A stretch of DNA of 37,709 nt from Nemertoderma westbladi (taxonomy: Eukaryota > Animalia > Xenacoelomorpha). The notes beneath the pieces are model-generated. The model did not search any database. It was not told where the DNA came from and saw only the letters and a program-made list of their open reading frames with translations. Shown here one piece after another: positions 22,447 through 34,329 of the stretch; positions within the stretch are counted from its first letter, which is position 1, and each line of letters opens with the position of its first letter. The stretch lies in NCBI GenBank assembly GCA_032718475.1, contig JAUCBJ010005080.1:1-37709 (forward strand), read 5' to 3'. The position numbers were made by a program, and so were the translations under genes.

Positions 22447-23895
22447 TTAGCCTTTCTTGCGCGGACGGCGTTTATGCAGTTTTTTAAAGCTGGCCAGAGT
22501 CCTTTTCTCTTTGGGGCGAGCCACCTTACAAGGAGGGCTATAACTCCTGGGTGAAGGGTGCAATATAATTGCATCAGAGGGTATAGGATTATGGTCGGTG
22601 TATCCGCCAGTCGAAGTGCCGGGTTGATTGACATCAACGTCGGGGGAGCGGGGTCTAACGGCTTTGAGAGCGCGTTTTAAGACAGCCGCTCTTACGGGTC
22701 CTTTACGAGTGGTCTGAACGAGAGCCGTGGGTGGACCATAGGCAGTTAGAAACCTCCGGGGTTTAATGGTTCTTTCCAACTCGCGTTCGCGGGCTCGGTA
22801 TTCGTAAGGCCGTCGATATACTTCCTGTAACTCGGGGTGTGAGTTAACAAATAAGTCTCCATAGTCCGGATCCTGACGGATATAATTGATTAAGTTATAG
22901 GAATGAAGGTCGCTAGGATTAACACTCCTGAGAAATTTGCGTACGAACTTGGTTGAAATACATTCTCCGACGCGCTTCAGTAGTTCGTAACTCGATATGC
23001 GTGATTTCTGTTCGACAGAAGCGAATAGATAAGGATGGAACGCATAAACTCCTTCGTAAGCGCGTCCAGGATAATAGCGATGGCGCGAATCACAATGTAA
23101 ATCAGCGTTCGCTTCCCAAGCTCTGATGTAACGTAGTGTGATCATTTCATCTACGCTTTCCAAATCGTGATTAAAAGGGCAATCGAAACTGGCGTGTCCC
23201 TTTAGTTGACAATGGTGACATTAAGTCATAAATTGAGGGCAAACCGCAAAAATGTGCAAGTTATTGAGTCTGCAATATGCACAATAAATTTCCATCACCG
23301 GTTGTTCGTGGAAATAGGAACAGCGGACGTTTGTGTCCATGGGCGTAACATGGTCTCTCGATGCGCATAACCGACAACGTTGCCGAGAAACATAGTTGGC
23401 ATGGCGATAATTGTACGCAGTGAGACACTGTGGACCTTGATACCATTCTAGGATGTAATCGTTGTCGCTGTTCCGGGCGCGATAGGCTGAATCTCCTCAG
23501 ATTCTAGGCATATTGGTTCTTCTTCCCAGTCTGTTATGAATAGAATTTTCGTGATCTATTCTCGGTTTATCATTACGACTCCACTGGGTATGATATTTAA
23601 ATAGAACCATTTCCCTTTCGGTGTCTACATCGTCCGTATCATGTAAATCGATAGGATGGCCGGTAGTTAGGAAGTCCATATACGTACTATTACGATGCGT
23701 ATAGCGAGCGGTGAATTTTCGATAGTCCAATTCACGCGTAAGTTGCTCTTGGGACATCGGCGGTTCGATATAACGACCATCATCCTCCGTAATGGTTGGA
23801 TCAGTTTCACCGCGTATCAAGCTATCCACAAATGCTTGTAAAGGTAGAGTATATCGCTCCCTGATACCAAGATCATCTTCTATCAACTCCGTCAT
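22447..23895 (-). pseudogene. Accessory ORF of the LTR element (483 codons, two in-frame stops) with three CCHC zinc knuckles
   Basis: ORFs 23497-23895 and 22447-23163 are in the same frame. Reading through TGA (23499-23497) and TAA (23223-23221) gives CRLCASRDHVTPMDTNVRC, CAYCRLNNLHIFAVC and CHHCQLKGHASFDC. The C-terminus is basic (KKLHKRRPRKKG). Confidence 0.8.
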
Positions 23896-24711
23896 ATCTG
23901 CTATCTGAGTTTATTAATATCGAAATGAGTTTATGTTTAGGCGAGTGGACGTCGCTGCCTACCTCTCTTTGCCCCCGGACAGTGGGATTCTCAGCGCCGA
24001 TGTACCGTCGTCGCGGTGTTTACGCCAACATGTAGCAACAGCACGACAACGATAACCGGCACAAGTCACTCCACTGTCCGTCCCAAAGGCTTGAATCCAC
24101 TTTAGGTTCTTTCTATAGGAGAGTTGGGCTACTTTCACAATTGCGAATAGCTACTGTAAACATACTTTAGCAGTAACATTCACCTATAAACGCACAAATT
24201 CCACACAACTGTCACCAATTGTACACATACAGGCCATTTGTCCGTTAGTCAGTGCCTTCCAGAATGTCACGTTATTACTGTGTATCTTTGGATACTAACA
24301 GTGTGCTATGTATTCTCTATGCTATGCAATGTGACAAGCTTTCTATTGTTCCTTTAACTTGCTTCTAATTCTAGCGTGGGTGTTGCTATGATGACATTAT
24401 GGAAAGCTAGCGGTAGAATTAGGGTAATTCTCATGCATACAGATCTGGAATGCTATTTAATAGTAATTCTTTAATTGTCAATATCCTCTTTATACATGAT
24501 TTTATTAATTTTATTAGCTATTGACTATATGTCGGAGATTCTCGCACTCTAATACACTCAATATGATGAATCTCCGCTCCCATGATCTATTAATTAATGG
24601 AATTTTGGGAATGTTATAAATTGCACAAAATGACAATTTATGAAATTCATTTAAAATATGAATTTAAATTTATTCCCGTGAATTTTATTATTTGATAGTA
24701 CAATTGACACA

Positions 24712-24980
24712 ATTTGATTCCAGAGCAGGTCTGGGGACATAGGATCCTTAATTCTATGAAAATTGTCTTTTAAGAGTATCTGTAAGTGCTGCGATATCTT
24801 AATTGACTAGAAATTTTAAAGGATCTGAATTTTACAGATTTTAATAAATATTAAATTAATATTTAAGATGGGCACCGATTTATTCCAGAACTTGTCTGGG
24901 GACGTTAACCACTGATTCTAGAATTTGTCTTTCAAGTATATCGGTGGGTGCCGCGATATCTTAATCGACTAGAATTACAG
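24712..24980. repeat. Diverged direct repeat (about 100 bp) inside the LTR element
   Basis: attccaga...gtctggggac...gcgatatcttaat.gactagaa occurs at about 24715-24812 and 24882-24975. Confidence 0.7.
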
Positions 24981-25552
24981 ATGGTCAAAAGGTTTAACAG
25001 ATTTATTTGCGTTTTACGCTACTGTTATATGGACATCACGCTACTATATGTATTATTTAATATAAGGTAGAAGAGCAATATCGCACGAAGCAATGTCAGT
25101 GTGAAGAGGCAAGTCGTTTCCAAGGTCTACCCAGAGCTTGGTTTAGCCGAGACACGAGGATCTGAACTTTGCATTCCTAATACTCTGCCTACCAATAATA
25201 CTTAAATATAGTAGGGGCTTTATTGTACTTTAATAAGCACGGACATTTCATCTTACTGTAGTCACGTATTTATAATATGATACGGACAGTAAGGAAAGAG
25301 AAAAATTATTTCTCGCCGTCACTAAATATATATTATAAGTAATTACGTACGTAATAAACACTAATATATTGCACTAATCTACTAAATAATCACTAAAATA
25401 ACATTCTACTAAATAAAATTAAAGGAAACGATTATAATAAAATTACATAATAATACATACATAAATATAAAATAAAAACAAATATAAAATGATATAGTCA
25501 CACGCCCACTCCATATGTTATTACGTTATGGAGTCCCTAGATATTTGTCGGA

Positions 25553-28500
25553 TTAGGGAAGTGGTCGTAGGAAGAGTATCTTGCCTTCCATAGTTTCCGG
25601 ACAGTTTTTTCGGTCTCTTTCCAGTAAACATAAACGACTAGCTGGGCGATTGAGTTGTTGTGTTACTTTCTCCGCTCCCTTGGCCTGTCTAATCTCCGCC
25701 GTGGTAAGATGAGGAGGCCATTCTTCTTCTTCTTTACTTAAGAAGTCGGATCCACCTAACCAACCTGGAGTATCTATCAGTTCTTGAGGAGTTGCTCCTC
25801 TGGAAGCGATGTCGGCTGGATTAATCGTCCTAAGGCAATGTCTCCATTGATCTACATTGGAGTTAATATCGTCATTATCTGAGGAGTATGGTGTTCCCTC
25901 AGTTGGATCGTCCACATCACTGCTTTCCACTTCCAATTCCTTTACTTGGTATACCTGTTGTTGAGGTAATCTCTCTTTGAGAGTTCTACGGGAAGGGCCA
26001 GTGAAGTACCAACCTACTCTAGTTCTTACCGCATAGGTTTGTAGTGGCTGCGGTTGAGCAGGCCGTTTCTCCAATGTCTCGAGCGCCTCATGCGCGTTTT
26101 GGCCGATGAGTATTTGCACTCCAGGATAATCTGTCTGGAATCGAGGTATCTTAAGCTGTTGGATGCTCTCGTCCTCGTCCCAGTTATAAGGTTCTACTTG
26201 GGTAGTAGCGAAGTTCTTTATAGCCACCATTTTTACTGACCTTATACTTTGTGCTCCTAATTTATCCTGGGGGGTGGACAACGCACCTACATAGTAATCT
26301 GCCGTTATGGTAGATTTCCAAACCTGCATAATTCCGGACATATTCAACTTAGTTTGGAATTTGGGTTGTCCAGCAAAGATATCTTTGGCTAGTTCTTGAT
26401 CGATGAATGTTCCTGTACTGCCGGAGTCAAGGAGGGCGTTCACTATGTAACTTTTGGTAGGACCGTGAACTCTTACCTGCACTACAGGAAATTCTCTGAT
26501 TCCTACGTTGGAAGTTGGAGCTTTCCAAGATGGTTGTCTGTCAAAGGTAGTTGGGGGGAACTCATTGTAGGTGTCCTTTTCGTAAGTAAGTGCTCGATAC
26601 ACTGCGGTATTTATTAGGTAACAGGATTCGTTGGCGTCGGAGAATTCGTCAGTATAGAATCCTTCCATCTCAGACTCTTGATCAGTGTCATTTACATCAC
26701 TGAATTGGACATGTAGTTCGGGCTCACTTACCTGACTCGGGTTGTCTCGTTCGAACTCACTGTGTAACAAGATGTGATGTTTCGCGCCACACTTTGCACA
26801 CTTTACGTCGGAGTAACAGGTTTGCAGTTGGTGTCCTGATCTGAGGCAATTATAGCATAACCGCTTATCCCACATGACTGCACGTCTGTCTACAAGGGAT
26901 TTCTTTAGAAATTCAGCACACGCACTCAAACGGTGGGGCCCGTCGCACAGCGCACAGTTTGGTTTGATGTTACTCACTTTACCTTGGGTAACTTGATGCA
27001 CTCTCGTTCTTTCTTCGGGCTTTCTTCGGTGCATTCTGTTAGGAGACTGAGGAGGAGTCTTGGCAACCTGTTCTCTCCTATCACTGGTGCGAGACTTATA
27101 TTTACTTACGTCTTTATAGGTCTTGTTGTCATAGTAAGATTTTGCTGTGTCTTTCCCGCTGTCCTCTTCTTGAGAAGCTTGGCTTTCGCCGTCGTCAGTA
27201 TAACACACTGGTATTATCCTTCTCCTAGAAACGGGTTTCTCACTTACCTTATTTTCCGATGTTTTCTCTCTGGACTGCTTTATGAGTTGTAATTTTACTT
27301 CACTATCTAAGAAGGACATGAGATCAGCCATGGTAGGGCTTCGTCGTTGCTGCTCATTCATATACAACACTTTCTTGTCCCAGCGTGTACATACTCCACC
27401 CTTTGGTAAAGTAGAGACTACAGCTCCAATAACCATGGACCTCTGATATTCATGAGACTTACCTAACCAGTCCAATTGTCTACAGATCTCCTGAATCTCA
27501 TCGGAAAACTCTATAATCCCGCTACTAAGAAAGTTTCGGGGGGCTACTAATTTTGCATACAAATACTTAGCTATGTTATCCTTGTTACCATACCTGATGT
27601 TTAATGTATCCCAAACTTGTCTTAATCCTTCTGGATGTCCAATAAACTTTAACGCCATTAACTTGGGAGGTCCTTCCAAGCACTTGATGAGGAATCTAAG
27701 TTTCTCTCCGTTAGATAGTACAGAGTTCTGTATGCTATCTTTGTAATATTCATTGAAAGGTAACCATTTCATCTCATCTCCATTGAATTTGATGATCTCT
27801 CCCACTTTAACCGCTTGGCGGGCTTCTGTTCTAGCCATCTGACGCGTAAAGCTTTCTTGGGCCATCGTGTTATTTAATATCGAATTATCGGTATAAAAAT
27901 TTCCCGGATTATTATCAGGTCTATAGGGAATATCACTAACAACAGGTTTATAATCACCCTTAATAGAGTTTGCTATAGGAGTTTCTACTTCACTAGCAGT
28001 ATAGATGCGTGTAGGCTCCACACCTTGCGCATGTAATACTTCAGACCTAACAGGTTGACACAATGTTACTGGGGGTATTGGTATACCCTTTTGTATATTG
28101 ACTAATTTGTCGCGTTCTAGCGCGATACTTTGCTGCACTTCTTGCAATTCTGCCCTACCTTCCCTTACTGTTCCCTTAAGTTGGTGGACAGTCTCCTGCA
28201 TCTGTCCGAGCAGGAGATTCATCCCCCGCCGTCCCTCCTCTACCCACTCGACCGCCGAAGCTGGAGTCGCCAACATTGTAGCGGGCTGACACGGGACGAC
28301 GGGAGACAAATCTTTGATTTCTCTCTCAGCTTCCAGGACAGGGATATTCTCATGGACTGTTCTACCGGGTACAGGCAGTGTAGTACTGTGTAAAGGGAAT
28401 TTAGAGTTAAGCTCTGGAAGTACAGGGGTCTCTAGCACAGTAGTGGCTTTGGGAACGACAGGCCCAATTATTTCAGGCTCATCAACTATTGTAGGGAGTC

Positions 28501-30181
28501 TTTTGACCTTAATAATTTGGTCTGTAGGTTCTATACTACCTAAGTCTGGGCTAGCTAGTTGTCTTCTAACCGCTGGGGGCAAATCAGGCAATTTGTGACG
28601 GTGAGATGTTTTTCTACGCCTGCTTAGACGAGATCTATTTCCTCCGCCTTCAGGATCGGTGGTTTCACTTTCCTCTGATGAGGTGTATCCCTGGAGTTTG
28701 GGAGTAGATCGACTCCTCATCTGCATTTGACTAGCAGTTAACTGTTTATTTATGCAATCTTGCGTCTCTTGAAGATTTTCCAACTCCAGTTGTGTGGTCT
28801 CTTCAGATTCCCTCTGTTCTGCTTCTGCCACTGCCTTTGCTGCTGCCACAGTCGCTTTTCTTTCTGCTTCGGCTTCTGCCGCCGCTGCCTTTCTTTCTGC
28901 TTCTGCTTCTGCCACCGCTGCCTTTCTTTCTGCTTCTACTTCTGCCGCCGCTGCCTTTCTTTCTGCTTCCACTTCGGCCATTGCCGCTGTTACTGCAGCT
29001 GCCTTTCGGTCCTCTATCCTTTTTTTCTTTACTAGTTCTTCTTGGACTCTAGTGAGGCGGAGTTTTTCATCAAACTCAGCTTGGTTAGCAGCTAACATTT
29101 CAGCATCGATTGAGTCTAACACACGCTGGGTTCCTTCACTATTAGGGGAAAGTCCAGACAGCCGTCTCCTCAACTCTTCGTCTCCTAGGAATCGCTGATA
29201 GTCGGACAGATATATGTCGATGGCGTCTCTCGTTCGTGGTCTCTCTGCGGTCTCTTCGCCTTCCACTTGAGAAAGGGTGGCATCGGTTGGTTCTTCATAG
29301 GTTAGTCTCTCAGACAGCTGGGATTTCCACTGGTCCGTTTCTTGTACTTTGAGACCTACCCGCTGGAACCAAGTTTTGACAGCAACCTGCAGCGACGTGT
29401 CCTGTCTTCTTTTGGAAGTTTCCTCAAAGGCTGATAGGATTAGTCTAATGCGCAGGGTTCTTTCGCGTACTTGATATAGCAGCTCTTCCTGCTCTTGAGG
29501 TCCTTGGGGTTGTCGAAACAGTTGTTCTTCCAATCGCTCCAAGGAGCCGAAGAATCCCTGCACATATCCTGCTGCCGACCTCTTCCAAACAGCTGGGTCC
29601 ATTGTATCTTTAGTCACTCCCATCCTGTATATATCCTCCCAAGTAGCCTCGGACAAATCTAACGGGAGTCCGGGTCCGGGAAAGTTCCATTGTGACTCGA
29701 CAATAGACATCAATTCTTCCCTGGCGTATCCCGCATAATTATCTTGGGTCGCTCGCTTACTTCTCGCCCAATCGGCTTGATGTTCCTCCACCGCAATCAA
29801 TATAGTAGTTAGCACTGCGGCAGGAAGGGTGAGAAGGGGGTCCGAGTAGGCTGTAGCCGCCATCTGTAATCCGCGTTCGGGGGTCAGCTCGACAGTATCC
29901 GAACTACTGGAGCTATCGGATCGCTGGGAACAAGTTTCTTGACTAGGCTGTTGCTGCTGTTGGACAGCTGCTTCCTGGTTCCGTTTGACTTGGGCCCGAG
30001 TGCCGATGATAGACCTACGGTGTTGGATTAGCTTAGGGTCTGACACTACTACTGGAGGGATGACCTTTCTTTCAGTAGGAGGTGAGCTGAACTCCTTTCT
30101 TAATCGCTCCACACTCCTATCTGTGTCACAGATGGTTGTATCGATTAGACTGTCTGACAGGTTTTGCTGGGTGTCAGACAT
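25553..30181 (-). CDS. BEL/Pao Gag-protease polyprotein fused to an RNase H C-terminal remnant (1542 aa)
   Basis: Knuckles CALCDGPHRLSAC, CYNCLRSGHQLQTC and CAKCGAKHHILLH. Aspartic protease ALLDSGS...ILIG. No YVDD RT motif and no integrase. The long N-terminus has (AAAAEAEAERK)n coiled-coil repeats. Confidence 0.9.
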   Translation of the reverse strand: MSDTQQNLSDSLIDTTICDTDRSVERLRKEFSSPPTERKVIPPVVVSDPKLIQHRRSIIGTRAQVKRNQEAAVQQQQQPSQETCSQRSDSSSSSDTVELTPERGLQMAATAYSDPLLTLPAAVLTTILIAVEEHQADWARSKRATQDNYAGYAREELMSIVESQWNFPGPGLPLDLSEATWEDIYRMGVTKDTMDPAVWKRSAAGYVQGFFGSLERLEEQLFRQPQGPQEQEELLYQVRERTLRIRLILSAFEETSKRRQDTSLQVAVKTWFQRVGLKVQETDQWKSQLSERLTYEEPTDATLSQVEGEETAERPRTRDAIDIYLSDYQRFLGDEELRRRLSGLSPNSEGTQRVLDSIDAEMLAANQAEFDEKLRLTRVQEELVKKKRIEDRKAAAVTAAMAEVEAERKAAAAEVEAERKAAVAEAEAERKAAAAEAEAERKATVAAAKAVAEAEQRESEETTQLELENLQETQDCINKQLTASQMQMRSRSTPKLQGYTSSEESETTDPEGGGNRSRLSRRRKTSHRHKLPDLPPAVRRQLASPDLGSIEPTDQIIKVKRLPTIVDEPEIIGPVVPKATTVLETPVLPELNSKFPLHSTTLPVPGRTVHENIPVLEAEREIKDLSPVVPCQPATMLATPASAVEWVEEGRRGMNLLLGQMQETVHQLKGTVREGRAELQEVQQSIALERDKLVNIQKGIPIPPVTLCQPVRSEVLHAQGVEPTRIYTASEVETPIANSIKGDYKPVVSDIPYRPDNNPGNFYTDNSILNNTMAQESFTRQMARTEARQAVKVGEIIKFNGDEMKWLPFNEYYKDSIQNSVLSNGEKLRFLIKCLEGPPKLMALKFIGHPEGLRQVWDTLNIRYGNKDNIAKYLYAKLVAPRNFLSSGIIEFSDEIQEICRQLDWLGKSHEYQRSMVIGAVVSTLPKGGVCTRWDKKVLYMNEQQRRSPTMADLMSFLDSEVKLQLIKQSREKTSENKVSEKPVSRRRIIPVCYTDDGESQASQEEDSGKDTAKSYYDNKTYKDVSKYKSRTSDRREQVAKTPPQSPNRMHRRKPEERTRVHQVTQGKVSNIKPNCALCDGPHRLSACAEFLKKSLVDRRAVMWDKRLCYNCLRSGHQLQTCYSDVKCAKCGAKHHILLHSEFERDNPSQVSEPELHVQFSDVNDTDQESEMEGFYTDEFSDANESCYLINTAVYRALTYEKDTYNEFPPTTFDRQPSWKAPTSNVGIREFPVVQVRVHGPTKSYIVNALLDSGSTGTFIDQELAKDIFAGQPKFQTKLNMSGIMQVWKSTITADYYVGALSTPQDKLGAQSIRSVKMVAIKNFATTQVEPYNWDEDESIQQLKIPRFQTDYPGVQILIGQNAHEALETLEKRPAQPQPLQTYAVRTRVGWYFTGPSRRTLKERLPQQQVYQVKELEVESSDVDDPTEGTPYSSDNDDINSNVDQWRHCLRTINPADIASRGATPQELIDTPGWLGGSDFLSKEEEEWPPHLTTAEIRQAKGAEKVTQQLNRPASRLCLLERDRKNCPETMEGKILFLRPLP

Positions 30182-31511
30182 GTTTAGCTATACAGTTGAA
30201 TGTCTACTGCTATAGTTACAGTTAAAGCAAGTCTAGTAATTCAGTATGACCGTTGGCCTAGTACCATTAATTTATTACAGTATATTAGAATATCGGTATA
30301 CACTTATAATATATATAGGTATTGTAAACTAGTTTTGTCACAGAGTACCGGTATATAATTTTAGCACAAATATATATAAATATATAATAGGCCTATCGTG
30401 AATACCGGTATACAGCTTACACTGATAGTATATATAAGTATAATTATGAACTAGAATTAATTACAGAATACCGGTATGATTTCAGCTCAAATTTATAGAA
30501 ATAAATATAATAAGCCTATGGTAAATACTGGTATGTCAATTATTTTAGAATAATTGAATTTCTGAATATTTTAGGGTTACTTGGTTACTTTAACTTACTT
30601 TGTTACCGTTATTTAAGCAGTAGTCCAACTGATATTGAGACCTAGTTGTTGTATGGCAGGCCTACTATTTATAAATCGTTTGAGTTGATTTAAAATATTT
30701 ATATACCCGTTTAAAAGGGGTTTTTTCAATATTTGAAATAAATGTTATTATTTCTGGGGAGAGTCACTACACAGAAGCTGTGCGCCCTCAGTGGAGTGCT
30801 ACTTATGGGACACTAAAACAGATAATTCTAATTTACCTAAGTTACTTAATACTACAAATTACTTACGATACGGGTGAGATTAAATCTCTAATTAAACACA
30901 ACAAAAATATTACGTACGAAATTTTTAGGGTAATTTCACAGGAAGTCTACAAACCAGCCTAACAAAGGGTTAGAATTCTGGTTATTACAACGGACAGGGT
31001 ACTACGGTATTTGAAATAATAAGTAGTAGTAAATATATTGCACTGTCCAGATAGGAAGATACCACCGCCTGACGACCTATAACCGTATCGCTATAGGTAC
31101 TACGTTATGTATCACGGAGTGTTCCTACCTAGAAGTTAATTACCGCGGACTACCAGATCCAACGTGCCTATTAACCACTTTACAACACAAATATACTGCC
31201 TACACACTAATTACCCTCGGAAAGCACTGTACACTAAACCCTAAATTAGGTACAAGTACTGGTACAACAATAATCAGTAGTTAAATATACTTGAACAGTT
31301 AAAAGAACCACGGCATCTGCTGGAGTGACCGAAGCACAAAGTCACCAGTCTTTTCCTATGCCAAGCAGCCCGTGTAGTACCGGGGTTAATTTAACTATAA
31401 CGGTATGTGTAACAAACACAATTACTGTAGGAATAAACTTGGGGACATGAATGTTGCGAATAATCGCATAAACTCTGAATAATAAATATTACGCTACCCG
31501 TACAGAATACT

Positions 31512-32050
31512 CAAACAAAATACAAACCAAACGCTGGCAGACTACCACCAAGCCTAAATAAACTACCGTACGTGTAGATTCCGAAATGGTTAGTTAGTAT
31601 GCGTTCTAACACGGTAGTACGACTTATTCTTTAAGAGGGGATTGACCTTACAGCTATGGCTGCCCCAACTTACTAACTGGCACTTTATCAGACAAACTCT
31701 ACACACGCAGCAATCTCTTCAGACCTAATAATAGCTAGACAACAATCCAGCCTACAAAATATCTGAGTAATAACTATTACGGTACCTGAACAGACTACAC
31801 AAACAAACACAGGCCAAAACGTTGGCATAATACTGTCAAGCCTAAATAAACTACAGTATGTGCAGATTCCAAAATGGTTAGTTAGTATGCGTTCTAACAC
31901 GGTAGTACGACTTATTCTTTAAGAGGGGATTGACCTTACAGCTATGGCTGCCCCAACTTACTAACTGGCACTCTATCGGACAAACTCTACACACGCCGTA
32001 ATCTCTCCAAACCCAACAACAATCTAACAACAGTCCGGCCTACAATTATC
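31512..32050. repeat. Tandem duplication (288-bp period) in the retrotransposon 5' leader
   Basis: AAGCCTAAATAAAC at 31550 and 31838, each followed by a near-identical core of about 150 bp. Confidence 0.9.
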
Positions 32051-32226
32051 TGAACAATCTGAGCAGACTTAGACGTCTTCAGCTCAATATTAACTTACAT
32101 GTAAATAAAACCGACAGAAATAAGTAAAATCTCAATAAAAAACCAGGGCTGCAGTCCCTGATTAAATACTAAGACCTACCGGTATACAATAATCAAAATC
32201 GAATAATACTAATGTACTTATACTGG

Positions 32227-32355
32227 AAGTACCGGTTAGGACAGTTGGGCCTACGGACCTACAGAAGTACCGGTTCTGGCAGTTGGACCTACGGACCTAC
32301 AGCAGTACCGGTTCTGGCAGTTGGGCCTACTGACCTACAGAAGTACCGGTTCAGG
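32227..32355. repeat. 38-bp minisatellite (about 3.4 copies) next to the 5' LTR
   Basis: Units like AAGTACCGGTTCTGGCAGTTGGGCCTACGGACCTACAG start at 32227, 32265, 32303 and 32341. Confidence 0.9.
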
Positions 32356-32417
32356 TTTACCGGTCGTCCGGTACTTTCAACTTTATTGCTTACTGCAATA
32401 AAGTCAATAACTGTTAT

Positions 32418-33552
32418 TGTACGCGCTTTTGAAGACCTTTAGCAGTTTAACCTGCCAAAATTTATATGTCTTTTGGTTTACAAATAGACTTTAGAAGTTG
32501 ACAAATATTTAATACCAATAAACACAACATTAGCAGAAGCCAGCCTAGTGCGCGTCCATTCACCCGCTGGATATACCCGGGAGACTGGATTCTGAGGGCT
32601 TAGATTATTATTGCAGTGTAAGCCTACTGTATTATTCGATTGATCGTTAATAAATAATTTCTGACTAATATTATTCACTTTCGGGAAATATTAACAGTTC
32701 CTTTTGGACGTGGCGCTCTATCTAGGTAAACAGAGATATGACTTATACTAATCACAACGGTAAGTCGGTAAGGCTTATGATTCACGTATGAGGCGCATTC
32801 TTTAGGAAATGCTTAGTTATCAGTCACAATCAGGCACACTACCGGTAACACACAATACTGCTCACTAATTTGCCGACCGTCAATGAATTTTATCATATAT
32901 AAAGAGAGCAGCAACGGACTCATGTAGTGCTTACCAAATAGCATTAAATTCACTACAAACCACAACAATATAAGTCGCAATCGCTATATATAACCCGTCT
33001 CTCTAACCTGTAGTGTATCAAGAAAATTGGGAAATTTGGGTTCTTTATAAATGTTCTCCAAATAATAATATTCAACCAAAACACAACAGTAAATAGCATT
33101 AAGACGGTAGGTTAAGATGGTAACACTGTTTGACTGGACCGATAACAGTTATACGCTCTATAATCTTAAGCCTACTAATGTTTCTTCTAAAGTCTGAAAC
33201 GAATTGACTCTAGAGCCGGTGTTCCTGGCCTAGATAGAAGGAACACAACAGTATCACAAAAACAGTAAGACTGAACACTCCTAGTATCATCGGCCGAATA
33301 TCTCCACATCGACAGAAAAAATCGCTCTGATTGGCTTAAGCTAAACAAAGAACCATGTATCCAATGGCCGTTTCCATGTCAGCAACCAGCTGTTAGATGT
33401 CGCAATCTGAATCATCAAGGCTAAGCTGTGTAAGGGTATTTGGTGCATTGCGGGTTTTTTGCCTTACCATGTCCTCCAAAGCACGTATATAGAAGAATGA
33501 CTTTTATGTCCGTTAAAACACCTATAACGGTACCTTGCGGGCGAGGGGGACA
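32418..33552 (-). repeat. 5' LTR
   Basis: TG...CA termini, 1135 bp. Direct repeat of 21187-22343. Confidence 0.9.
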
Positions 33553-33764
33553 TATATATAGTTAGAGAGCCTTTTAGAGTATTCCAGCGCCTGGGGGGAA
33601 ACTGGATTGCGAAGCAAAAGGGCCAGTTATATCCCACAGAAGCTTTTACAGGGGGGGAGTGTCCAGACATCCCTAAGTCAGGCAAGTTTTTATTCAGCGG
33701 ACATACCAGTCAGTATACCGGCAGTGATTCCGGAAACTGACAGTTCAGAAACGCCAAAGGTCAA

Positions 33765-34300
33765 CTGTAGCAACATATTACTATTGTCTTGGGATTCCCA
33801 TCAATTTTGCATTCAAAGCCCTGGAATTTATAGATTCGATGTTGTTTAGGGTCTGAAGTGCAAAGCAAATGGGCTTAGCAGAATTCCTACTCTACCAATT
33901 AATGCATTAACCGAATTTCTGTCTGCTGAGCTTGTTACTAACACCCATCCTATTTCTAATGTCATTGTACTTCATGGCAGTGTCTTCATGACAAATCCGA
34001 TGTTCTTGGATGCAGATGATGTCGATGTTATATTCCATTGCCAGAGCTACCATGTCACCCTGTTTGCTACGAGCTTTCCCTTTCAGTGTGCGTGCGTTCA
34101 ATGTAGAAATCTTTAGTGTCTTTTTACATTTCAACAGGGTGGTTTTTCTTTCTTATCTGTCTTAAGTCCCAGTAGCGTTCGACCCCAGCCGAGAGCACCA
34201 ATGATGAATGCGGGGACGCGGAAATTGTTGACCGGGCGACGACCGAGCCGGTATTAAGGTTCCAGGTTTAAATCTAATCCTGGAGGATTAGTAGATTTAA
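33765..34300 (-). mobile_element. 5' fragment of RTE-clade LINE (AP-endonuclease N-terminus, frameshifted)
   Basis: LKISTLNARTL...YNIDIICIQEHR, and further on GNPKTIVICCYS in another frame. Homology ends near 33765. Confidence 0.82.
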
Positions 34301-34329
34301 AACATTAATTAATTTTGCATATATATATA

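Larger units (their letters stand above)
21187..33552 (-). mobile_element. BEL/Pao-type LTR retrotransposon, non-autonomous (RT and integrase deleted)
   Basis: Two direct repeats of about 1.1 kb flank a gag-protease ORF. The ORF has a Pao Gag region (KFNGDEMKWLPF...LSNGEKLRFL), three Cys/His knuckles, ALLDSGS protease and the WRH...NPADIASRG RNase H tail. Confidence 0.92.

Noticed and set aside
28760-29198. Plus-strand low-complexity ORFs
   Set aside because: They are antisense to the Gag coiled-coil repeat.
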